From contig JASTWF010000340.1 of assembly GCA_030390025.1 (NCBI GenBank), forward strand, positions 186,001-250,000: a DNA stretch of 64,000 bases. Direction: 5' to 3'. Positions within the stretch are counted from its first letter, which is position 1, and each line of letters starts with the position of its first letter. A program made the translations under genes and the position numbers. The DNA comes from Squalus acanthias (lineage: Eukaryota). The notes beneath the pieces were generated by a model. It was not told the DNA's origin. It ran no database searches and worked only from the letters and a program-made list of their open reading frames with translations. Positions 50,195-61,800 of this stretch are shown in pieces.

Positions 50195-51240
50195 TACGCG
50201 ACCGACCGCAATTCTTGGGCCATTATATTCTTCCTGAGGTCCGGTGCCCAGAGCTGAATGCAGTTAATCCAGATGGGGTCTATCCAGAGCTCTGTACAGC
50301 GGCAACATAACTTCCACCGCTTCCTATTCCAGCTCTGTTCAGATAAAGGCCAACATTCCGCTAACCTTTTTAAATATCTGTACCTGTCCACTAGATTTTA
50401 GTTATTCCTGTACATTCGCCCTTAAATCACTCCGTTCGTCCACGTTCCCGAGCTTTTTAGCAAGTAGAAAATTCTGTCCAAAGTGGAAGAAGTCACATTT
50501 TCTCTCTTTAAATTCCGTCTGCTACAGTCTTTCCTCACCCAATCTATCAATCTCCCTTTACAACTTTCTGCTCACGTGTGTATTATTTACTGCTCCACCT
50601 AACTTAGTTTCGTCAGCAAACTTAGATATCCGGCTCTCTATTGCTTCAATTCAGTCATTTATTATTATAGTGAAAAGCTGAGGCCCCAGTACAGAACCCC
50701 GGGTGTCAGCATTAGTCACATCCTGCCAATGTGAGTTTAGAGACATTATCCCTACTATCTGTCTCCAACAAAATAACCATTTCATATCCAATTCAATACG
50801 TTGCCTTCTAGTGCATGCACAGCTAGTCGAATGCCTTCTGGAAGCCCATATAAATAACGTTCATAGACAGTCCTTTAACACCAATTAGGTACCTCCTCAA
50901 AATATCAACTAGGTTCGATAGACGTGATTTACCCTTTACAAATTCATGCTGGATCTCTCTGAACAGTTCATATCTGTCCAAATGCTCAGTCACTCTGTCC
51001 CTAATAATGGATTATAGTGCATTCGCCACAACTCAAGTAGACTTAAGGGCCTACAATTTCAAAGTTGATCTCTCCTGCCCTCTTAAATAAAACAGTGCCT
51101 GTAAGTAATGCAATCGAATTGGCCAATACTTCAATCGAGAGAGTTTGGAAGATCATGACTAACGCATCAGCAATTTCCTCACCTAAGTATTTGAACCCCG
51201 CCCCTCCCACCCCGGCCGCCACCCGCCCCACGGGGGGAAA
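50195..51240 (-). mobile_element. Old CR1 LINE fragment
   Basis: Degenerate RT sequence (EEIADALVMIFQ, SKFADE..LGG). Confidence 0.65.
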
Positions 51241-51565
51241 CAATCGGGTCCTGACAACCTGGCTATCTTTGATCTCATTATCTTCTCCATCACCATCTAT
51301 TTACTTATATTGACCTTGATATTTCCTCCAAGATTTACTGTAGCTTTCCTTGTATCTCTGGGCAAAATGTCAGAAAACAAAGACTTCTCTCATATGCAGT
51401 GGAGTGAAAGCTACTGAGATGCAGACATGCATTACTGCTAGAAACGTCATAGCACGATGTATTACAGCATTGAATTTAATTTACATAATAACAAATTCAT
51501 TTTTTTAGCAGTTTGAAAATTAGTTGCACGATTTCATTATGTTGGAGAAAAGCGTCGACACTAAC

Positions 51566-51598
51566 CTTGAGAAACGATTCTCCGAGCTCCAAAAACCA
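51566..51598 (-). CDS. Ig-like receptor leader exon 2 (33 nt, xVFGARRIVSQ)
   Basis: ttttctctttttag| acceptor, G|GTTAGT donor, phase 1-1; joins the first Ig exon as ...IVS-QDPLTP. Confidence 0.65.
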
Positions 51599-52029
51599 CT
51601 AAAAAGAGAAAATATGAATTAGTTATTTGAACAGCAATTTCTTTCGAGGATCAATATACAGACTGACTGCCGTGCATTTTTTTATGGACATTTCTCAGTG
51701 TGACTGAGTTGGTGACATTCTGGCTCCTATTAGTTCAGCTCCCACTCCAGAACATGACATCATAATGTAGGCAGACACTAAATACAGAGAGTTCCAGATT
51801 TACACTACAATTTGTGTGAGAAAGTACTTCCTGCTTTTACTCCAAGTTATCTGGCAGTAGTTTTAATATCCTGCCCCCTTGTTATGGATTCACTCAACAT
51901 AACTGAATAAATTCTATCGAGATGTTCATTTGCATATCATTCCAATAATCCAAGGCAATTAACAAAATGTGCCCTTGTGCCTAAAACATTAGAATTCACT
52001 GGAAACCGATACTTTTATAGTCAGTATAC

Positions 52030-55000
52030 TCCCTGTCACAAATATCACAATGCGGGTGTAATCAGCACATAAGAAGGAAGAAATATTTAAGAACGAGAAT
52101 TTAAAAAAATGAAAATATTTGAAGCTAAGGCTAACAATGAGAGCAAATGCTTAGAACGGAAATCTATGGTTTCAGTTCAGAAACTCTTCACCTCGGACAA
52201 ACAGGAAGTTTACCCCATACAGTAAAAAAAGTGGCTGAAACCAAAGAATGTGTTTAAATATACTGAATGGAAATACATTGTGACAAAGTTTATAATACAT
52301 TTATACTGAATAATTAATACTTTGCAAACTATATGGTTTTGAAATCCCTCCATGGCCTTGTCCCTCCCTCTCTCTGTAATCTCCTTCAGCCCCACAAACC
52401 CCCGAGATATCTGTGCTTCTCTAATTCAGCCCTCTTGAACATTCTGATCATAATCGCTCAACCATTGGTGGCAGTGCCTTCTGTTACCTGGGCCCTAAGC
52501 TCTGGAATTCCCTCCCTAAACCTCTCCACCTCTCTCTCCTCCTTCAAGATGCTCCTTAAAACCTACCTCTTTGGCCAAGCTTTTGGTCACCTTCCCTTAT
52601 TTTTTCTTATGAGGCTCGGTGACAATTTTTTGCCTTATAATTCTCCTGTGAAGCACCTTGGGACGTTTTACAACGTTAAAGGCGCTACATAAATACAATA
52701 TATTTTTGTTGTTGTTTTTAGAGGTGAGGTAACAGACACAGTCTCTTGCATTTATTTATTAATAAAAATCAATTCACTCACTTAAAATAATATAAATATT
52801 TAAAATTCCTCATAACATCTCCTATAAATAAGGGGACGTATTTAGGTACAGAGTGCAAAAGAACTGGGAGAAATAGGAGGCTTCAAACTGCATTATGGTA
52901 GTTCTGCAAGAGGAGGAAAAAACCTGAGGAGACTGATCAATCCCAACTTCAACTGTTTTGGCTCCTGCAAAGGAAGTTGGGTGCTCTTTTGTTTAATGGG
53001 AATAAAGTCAAGTGAGCTGGAGGTGGGTTTCATGGTCAACATATTCACGGAAATTGCATGTGTGGACCTAGGAGAGAAACTGGAACAGACTCAGGATCAG
53101 GGCTAGGAGGAAGGAGATCCTCAGGTGACGCTTGGGTTGTTGTCCAAGGGAATTGTGGGAGGCAACAGGGGTATATGAACGTATGGTATAAATCTTAGTG
53201 ACTTCTGTCAAGTGGAGAGATTAGAGAAACTGGGATTGTGCTCCTTAGAGAACAGACGATTAAGCAGAGATTTAATAGAGGCCTTCAAAAATTAGGAAGG
53301 GTTTTGCTCGAGTAGATGGGGAAAAACTATTTTTAGTTGCTGGAGGACCAGTAACCAGCTGGTACAGATTTAAGATTATTGGCAATAGGACAAGGAGGGA
53401 GATTAAAGAATAAATGCAGAGCACGAGGGACAGACTCAGAACTGTGTTTATTGAAGGACATTATCTTCACCCACACTGCAGGTCTATATTTCAGTGATAT
53501 GGTGAATTCTAGCATACTGAAGGAGGAAGTGAAGTCTAATATTTACAAACCAAAGTTGTTACAATTCATTTTAATTCGAACCTTCTTACAGTCTGTTTAC
53601 TCACTGTCACAAATTCCACAATGTTGGAGACTTCGGCATGGAATGATGAAGAAAATTGAATACCAATAATTAAAGAATTTTAAAATATTGCAGGCAGCTC
53701 TACATCTCTTTCCTCCTTTAAGACGCTCCTTAAAACCTGACTCTCTGTCGAAGCTTTTGGTCATCTGCCCTAATTCCTTATATTGCTCGATGTAGATTTT
53801 GTTTTTATTATAACACTCCTGTGACGCGTCTTGGGACATTTTTTACGTTAAAGGCGCTATATAAATATAAGTTGTTTTTGTTGTTCTCGTTGACAGTGAC
53901 TGAAACTGTTAATAAAGGAAACCAGTGGTTTCAGCTCAACAACGCTTCACCTCGGATAAACAGTAAGTTAACCCCTGACAGTAAGAAAAGTGCGTCGGAA
54001 CCAAGAATATCTTCAAACATGTTGAATGAAAATACATTGTTGCAGTCTTTCTGACACATTGAAAACGCATAATTAATTAAATTAAATTTTCAAATACCCC
54101 CTCAATTAGAATCATAAAATTATAGATTCTGTCAGTACGTTAGGAGGCTGTTTGGCACATCATGCCTGTGCCGAATCTTTGAAGGTGTTTTCCAAATAGT
54201 CGCTCCCATCAGCTCTTTCTCCATCGCCCTGTATTTTTTGTTTTTGAACTATTTGTCCAGTTCCCTTTTGGAAGTCACTATTAGAGATGCAGTAGCAGAC
54301 TGATTCTCAGGCATTTAGTTATTAATAAAATTGAATTCAAGTCGCTTAAAATATATGGAGAGGAAAATTAATTTTTATTTCCGGACAGATTGTTTGAAGC
54401 AGATCTGATGTAGGAGATATATATTATGATGGGTTTTGTTCTGGTAAATCGCTGATTATTGTTTCTACTGGTTGGTGAGGCGGTAACTGGAGGACTGAAA
54501 TGCTAACCAACAGAACAAAGGCAGAGATTGTGAGAGTGTGTAATGCAGAGATGTATTAGGACCTGGCTTTCCTTCAGAGAATCCATGACATAAAGGGAAA
54601 TAGAGAACAACTATTAAAATGAAAGTGATGAGATATTTGTGGACATACAGATAACGGTAATGAAGGGGATGGCCAAAAGTATGATATTTAATGCAGAGAA
54701 GTGTGAAGTGATGAATTTTGGATAAATAAGGAGGACAGGCAATATGAGCTTAATTATCAAAATGCTTAGAGATGCAGGAACAGAATCCTGGCGGTTCACA
54801 TACAAAATTCTGTGCAATTGGTAATTACAGATTTAGGTGTAAATGCTGAGCACAACGAACATCTGCAGCACTATCTTTATTGAAGAACATTATTCTCCAA
54901 CCACTGTGCAGATCTATATGTCAGTGACATCGACAGCTCGAGCAAACTGAAGGAGGAAATGGAATCTACATTATTTGAAACGAATGGTATTTGTATTCAA

Positions 55001-55430
55001 TGGACACCGTTGCTGTTACAATCATGTTATTACTGTCACAAATATCACGATGCAGGTGTCATCTGCATGGAATAAGGAAGATAATTAATAACCGATAAGT
55101 AAAGGATATAAAACATTTCAGGCTGATGTTAACAGTGAGAGCAACTGCTTACAATGGAAACCTATGGTTTCAGCTAAGCAGTGCTTCACCTCGGACACAG
55201 AGGAACCTACCCCCTGATAGTAACAACAGTGCATGGGAGCCAAAAATGTGATCAAACAAATTGAATGGAAATATATTTTGGCAATCTTTTTGATACGATT
55301 TCTAAATAATTAAAAAAAGCATATCAGATACAGCTGCATTCTGTTTCTACATATATTCATTTATGAATACATTAAATTTTATTTACTTCAAATGCAGAAA
55401 GATATTTAATATTCCACCTAATATCTCCTA
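52030..55430. repeat. Three diverged tandem copies of the leader-exon/intron-1 region, with L2 and CR1 inserts
   Basis: Shared blocks ctgtcacaaat and tggtttcag...cttcacctcgga...acccc...tgaat at ~52030-52320, ~53600-54060 and ~55030-55300. Confidence 0.7.
52782..52818 (-). pseudogene. Candidate leader exon 1 with a nonsense codon (ML*GILNIYIIL)
   Basis: 37 nt, phase 1, donor A|GTGAGT; the paralogous copy at ~55387-55424 reads ILGGILNIFLHL with ATA in place of ATG. Confidence 0.4.
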
Positions 55431-56139
55431 ATCTCTCAGTTGGGCTTCATATTAGATTTGTCTCCCTCGTTCTGCATTCTCCAAACATATAAGGCGGTTC
55501 AGAAAGGGGAGAGATACTTGGCTGTGTAAACGGGGCCATTGAATGCAATAAACAAGGAAGTCATGCTAAATATGTGAATATCCCTGGGCTGGAGTATAGT
55601 GTCCAATTCTGGCACTGTACTTTAGGAAGGATGTCAAGGCCTTGGAGAGGGTACGGGCGAGGTTTACCAGGATGGTACAAGGCATGAGGGGCTTCGGTTA
55701 TGGGGAGAGACTGGAGAAGCTGGGATTGTTTTCATTAGAGCAGGGAAGGTTAAGGGGATACATAATCGTGATATTCTAAATCAGGATGGGTTTTAACACA
55801 GCAAGGGAACGGTAGCATAGTGGTAATATTACTGAACTAGTATTCCAATTAATCCATGTCAAACATGACTGATGAGACGTGAGTTCAAATCCAACCACAA
55901 AACAGCTGGGGAATTTAAATTCAGTTAATTAAATAAATCTGGACTAACTGTGAACATGAAACTATCGAATTGTCATAAAACCCCATCTGGCTTACGTGGG
56001 TAGAAAATCTGCTGTCCTCACCTGATCTGATCTCAATGGCAATTAGTGGAGGGACCACAAATGCTAGCTTTGCCAACGACGAATAAAAAAAGATAATTAA
56101 ATAGAATACACAGAAATAGGCCCTTCGGTCCAACAGGTA

Positions 56140-56940
56140 TATAATGTGGAGAAATGTGAACTTATCATCTGTAATATGAAAAGCAGAGTATTTTATAATT
56201 GGTAAGAGATTGGGAAATGTTGCTGTTCAGAAGGACCTGCGTATCCTTGTACAAGAATCACTGACAGTTAACATGCAGGTATAGCGAGCAATAAGGAAAG
56301 CAAATGTTATGTTCGCCTTTATTAAAAAAGGATTTGAGTACAAGGGTAAAGAAGTCTAACTGCACTTATATAGGCTCTTGCTGAGATCACACCTGGAAAA
56401 TTGTGTACAGTTTTGGTCATCTTACCTAGGAAAGGATATATTTGCCATAGTGGGACTGCAAAAAATGTTCACCAGCCAGGTTCCTGTGATGGGAGAGTGT
56501 CCTATGAGGAGATATTGAGTAGACTAGGCCTATTTTCTCTAAAGTTTAGAAGAATGAGAGGTGATTTCATTGAAACATCCAAAATTCGTACAGGTATGAC
56601 AGGGTAAATGCAGGGAGGATGATTCCCCTGGCTGGGGAGTCTCGAACCAGGGGTCACAGTCTCAGAATAAGGGGTCGGCCATTTAAGACTGGTTTGAGGA
56701 GAAATTTCATCACTCAGAGGGTGGTGAATCTTCGAAATTCTCTACCCCAGAGGGCTGTGGAGGGTCAGTCGTCAAGGCAGGGATCAAATGATTTTGGGAT
56801 ATTAAGGGAATCATGCGATATGGAGATAGTGCAGGAAAGTTAGTTTGAGGTAGAAAATCAGCCATGATCTTATTGAACGTTGGAACAGGCTGGAGGGACC
56901 GAATGGCCTACTCCTGCTCCTATTTCATATGTTCTTATTC
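56140..56940 (+). mobile_element. CR1 LINE 3' fragment
   Basis: LGLFSLKFRRMRGD...TRGHSLRIRGRPFKT. Confidence 0.8.
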
Positions 56941-58244
56941 GTGCTGTTTTTTTAAACGGTGTAAGAATCTCTTCCCATTCCATCTACCTAATCTCAGCTT
57001 TTCAGCCTATCTTTCTATTCCCATTTCTCTCATGTAATCGTCCATTTTCATTTTGAAGATAGCTGAGGTATTTTCCTCAACCACTTTCTTGACTTAGATG
57101 AACGGACTGAGTGTAAAGTATCCAAGTTTGCTGATGATACAAAGTTAAGTGGGAAAGTAAGCTGTTAGGGGGACGCAAAGAAGTTGCAGGGAGATATTGA
57201 CTGGTTGACTGAGTGGGCAAGAAAATGGCGAATGCATTACAATGTGGGGAAGTGTGAAGTTATTCACTGAGTTCGGTAAAACAAAAGAGCAGGAGACTTT
57301 TTCAATGGTGAGAGACTTGAAACATTTTTGCCTACGCCTGCTTCTAGTACTTATTTTATTTTGTTCCTCTGGAAGGGAAAAACTTTCCAAAGGCAAGTGC
57401 GTCGGGAACCAGACGTCAAAGATTTAAACTAATTGGCAAAATAACTAGAAGGGAAATGAGGAGATTTATTTTACATAGCGGGTAGTTAAGATCTGGAACG
57501 CACAACTGACTGTGTGTTGGAATCAAATTCCACAGTAGGTTTCAAAAGGCAACTGGACAGGTATTTGAAGAGCAATACATTTCAGGCCTATGACTAAAAT
57601 ACTCAGGTGTGGGACCAAATTGAGCAGCTCATTCAAAGAGCCTGTACAGGCACTACGGGGAAAATGGCCTCCTGGAGGACTCTATTATTCCGTTAAATCA
57701 GTTCTATCCAGATGTCCGTTTGTAAAGATTGACAATTATCAACGGCAGGAATCAAAATAAGCTTTTGGGGCTAAGGCTTTAAAATCGCGTAAAAAGTTGT
57801 TCAAAGAACAGAAAAGTTCCATTTTGTGACTGAGTAAAACCATAATTGAAAGACAGAGGACAACAGCTGGTTGGAGTGTGTGTGCAAACACTGAGCATCT
57901 TTACAGATCTCCACATGCTGCCATACCCCGAAACAGAATGGCAATACAAGCGGCCGAGCTTCATTATGGAATAGCTGGAGGCACTAACGGTGGAAATTGA
58001 GATTCAAAACGCTGGAGATTAAGAGATAAATTCTGAGCACAAAGGGAAGTTGCAGCATTGTGTTTGTTGAAAGTCATTAGTCTCCGCCCACTTTGAAGAC
58101 GGGTATCTCTGATGTTTGCAAAATTTAGTTTACTGAATGAGGAAGTGAAGTTAATATAAGTTCCTTGATCTGAACGCTGCCTGAATTACTCCACAGTAGC
58201 GTTTAGTTCTACAGACAGTACACAGAAGTTCACAAATATGAACT

Positions 58245-58764
58245 GAACAAACTGCCACAGGACAGAGTGAGGAGACTCAGAACAAACTGCCACAGGACGG
58301 AGTGAGGAGACTCAGAACAAACTGCCACAGGACGGAGATTGAGGAGACAAAGAACAAACTGCCACAGGACGGAGAGTGAGGAGACTCAGAACAAACTGCG
58401 ACAGGACGGAGAGTGAGGAGACTCAGAACAAACTGCCACAGGACAGAGTGAGGAGACTCAGAACAAACTGCCACAGGACGGAGAGTGAGGAGACTCAGAA
58501 CAAACTGCCACAGGACGGAGAGTGAGGAGACTCAGAACAAACTGCCACAGGACGGAGAGTGAGGAGACTCAGAACAAACTGCCACAGGACGGAGAGTGAG
58601 GAGACTCAGAACAAACTGCCACAGGACAGAGTGAGGAGACTCAGAACAAACTGCCACAGGACGGAGTGAGGAGACTCAGATCAAACTGTCAGGACGGAGT
58701 GAGGAGACTCAGATCAAACTGCCACAGGACGGAGAGTGAAGAGATTCAGATCAAACTGTCACAG
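58245..58764 (+). repeat. Tandem array, 14 full plus 1 partial copy of a 33-37 bp unit
   Basis: Unit gaacaaactgccacaggac(gg)agagtgaggagactca, highly homogeneous, ending about 65 bp before the ORF1 ATG of a CR1. Confidence 0.95.
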
Positions 58765-58830
58765 AAGTGTATTGTCTTAATTTAAATTAATTAAAGGGTA
58801 AATAATAATACATTTAATTAATTACATAGA

Positions 58831-61800
58831 ATGGGAGAGCAGGTGATGTGTTACTGCTGCAATATGTGGGAGCTGGAGGACACAATTGATGTTCACGGTG
58901 ATCACATTTGCAGTAAGTGTTGGCTGCTCGAGGAACTCCGGCTCCGTGTTGATGAGCTGGAGTCCGAGCTTCAAACACTGCGACACATCAGGGAGGGGGA
59001 GAGTTACCTGGACTCTGTGTTCCAGTAGGTAGTCACACCAATTAGATTAACTAATTCAGATGTAGCCCATGATCAGGGACAGGAGGGTGTGACTAAGAGT
59101 GAGGCAGGTACGGGGATCCAGGAGGTAGTGTTGGAGGAGCCGCAGCCCTTGCTCTTGTCCAACAGGTTCGAGGGTCTTACTCCCTGTGAGGACGGGAGCA
59201 GGGACTGCAGGGAGGATGAGCAACCTGGCCACAGCACTGTGGTACGGGGAGCCATTCAAGTGGGGGGAGTAAAAAGAAATGTTGTAGTGGTAGGGGATAG
59301 TATCATTAAGGGGATAGATAGGGTTCTTTGCAGCCAAGAGCGAGAGTCCCGAAGGCTATGTTGCCTGCCCGGTGCCAGGGTTAAGGACATCTCCTCTGGG
59401 CTGGAGAGAAACTTGGAGTGGGAGGGGGAAGATCCAGTTGTCGTGGTCCATGTTGGTACCAACGACATCGATAGGACAAGGAATGAGGTTCTGCTGAGGG
59501 AGTATGAGCAGCTAGGGGCCAAATTAAAAAACAGAACCTCTAGGGTAGTAATCTCTGGATTACTACCTGAGCCACGAGCAAATTTGGCTAGGGTAAATAA
59601 AATCAGAGGGTTAAATGCGTGGCTCAAAGACTGGTGTGGGAGAAATGGGTTTTGCTACCTCGAACACTGGCACCAGTACTGGGACAGGAGAGATCTGTTC
59701 CGTTGGGACGGAATTCACTTTCAGTGCTGGGACTAGAGTCCTGGCGAATCGAATAACTAGGGCTGTAGAGAGGGCTTTAAACTAATTAGTGGCGGGGGGT
59801 GAGGTTTCAAGAGCGCAAAAAATAAAAATGTCAGCGGAGAAACATAGAAACATAGAAACATAGAAACATAGAAAATAGGTACAGGAGTAGACCATTCGGT
59901 CCTTCGAGCCTGCACCGCCATTCAATGCGTTCATGGCTGAACATGCTACCTCAGTACCCCATTCCTGCTTTCTCGCCATACCCTTTGATCCCCTTAGTTG
60001 TGAGTGTTATATCTAACTCCCTTTTGAATATATTTAGCGAATTGGCCTCAACAACCTTCTGTGGAAGAGAATTCCATAGATTCACCACTCTCTGGGTGAA
60101 GAAGTTCCTCCTCAGCTCAGTCCTAAATGGCTTCCCCTTAATCCTTAGACTGTGACCCCTGGTTCTAGTTTTCCCTACCATTGGGAACATTCTGCCCGCA
60201 TCTAATTTGTCTAAACCAGTCAGGATTTTAAATGTCTCTATAAGATCCCCCCTCATTCTTCTGAACTCCAGAGGATACAAGTTCAGTTGACCCAATCTTT
60301 CTTGATATGTCAGTCCGGCCATCCCAGGAATCAATCTAGTGAACCTTCGCTGCACTCCCTCAATAGCAAGAATGTCCTTCCTTAAGTTAGGAGACCAAAA
60401 CTGCGCACAATACTCCAGGTGTGGCCTCACCAAGGCCCTGTACAACTGTAGCATCACCTCCCTACTCCTGTACTCAAATCCCCTTGCTATGAAGGCCATC
60501 ATTCCGTTTGCTTTCTTGACTGCCTGCTGCACTTGCATTCCCACCTTCAGTGACTGATGTACCATGACGCCCAGGTCTCGTTGCACGTCCCCTTTCCCTA
60601 ATCTGCCACCATTCAGGTAATAGTCCGCCTCTCTATTTTTACCACCAAAGTGGATAACCTCACATTTATCCACATTGTACTTCATCTGCCATACATTTGC
60701 CCATTCACCCAACCTGTCCAAGTCACTCTGTAGCCTCCTAGCATCCTCCTCATTGTTCACACTGCCTCCCAATTTAGTGTCATCCGCAAATTTGGAGATA
60801 TTACATTTAATCCCTTCGTCCAAATCATTAATATATAATGTAAACAGCTGGGGTCCCAGCACCGAACCCTGCGGTACCCCGCTGGTCACTGCCTGCCATT
60901 CTGAAAAAAAACCATTTACTCCTACTCTTTGTTTCCTGTGTGCCAACCAGTTCTCAATCCACGTCAACACATTACCCCCAATCCCATGTGCTTTAACTTT
61001 GCTCACCAATCTCTCGTGTGGGACCTTGTCGAAGGCCTTCTGAAAGTCCAAATACACCACATCTACTGGTTCCCCCCTGTCCACAATATTGGAAACATCC
61101 TCAAAAAATTCCAGAAGATTTGTCAAGCATGATTTCCCTTTCACAAATCCATGCTGACTTGGACCTATCATGTCGCCACTTTCCAAATGGTCTGTTATGA
61201 CATCTTTAATAATTGCTTCCATCATTTTACCCACGACCGATGTCAGGCTGACCGGTCTATAATTCCCTGCTTTCTCCCTCCCTCCTTTTTTAAAAAGAGG
61301 GGTTACATTGGCCACCTTCCACTCCATCGGAACTGATCAAGAGTCTAAGGAATGTTGGAAAATGATCGTCAATGCATCCACTATTTCCAAGGCCACCTCC
61401 TTAAGTACTCTGGGATGCAGACCATCAGGCCCCGGGGATTTTTCAGCCTTCAGTCCCATCAATTTCCCCAATACCTTTGCCCGACTAATAAGGATTTCCC
61501 TCAGCTCCTCCCTCTTACCAGATCCTCTGACCCCTTTTATTTCCGGCAGGTTGTGTGTGTCCTCCACAGTAAACACCGAACCAAAGTACTTGTTCAATTG
61601 ATCTGCCATTTCCTTGTTCCCCATTACGACTTCCCCTGTTTCCGACTGCAGGAGACCTACGTTTGTTTTTACTAACCTCTTTCTTCTTACATATTTATAG
61701 AAGCTTTTGCAGAGAAGGCAATAGAGCAAAATAGCAGTGGGATAATTAAAAACCAGAGCGTGTCAGGAAGGGACAGAATATATAAAGATAAAGGTAAAGT

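Noticed and set aside
55800..55900. tRNA gene
   Set aside because: The A/B-box-like head continues into a SINE body also seen at ~10380-10620; it is a tRNA-derived SINE.
58245..58764. CRISPR-like array of ~36-bp repeats
   Set aside because: Units are directly adjacent with no unique spacers, there are no cas genes, and the context is eukaryotic.
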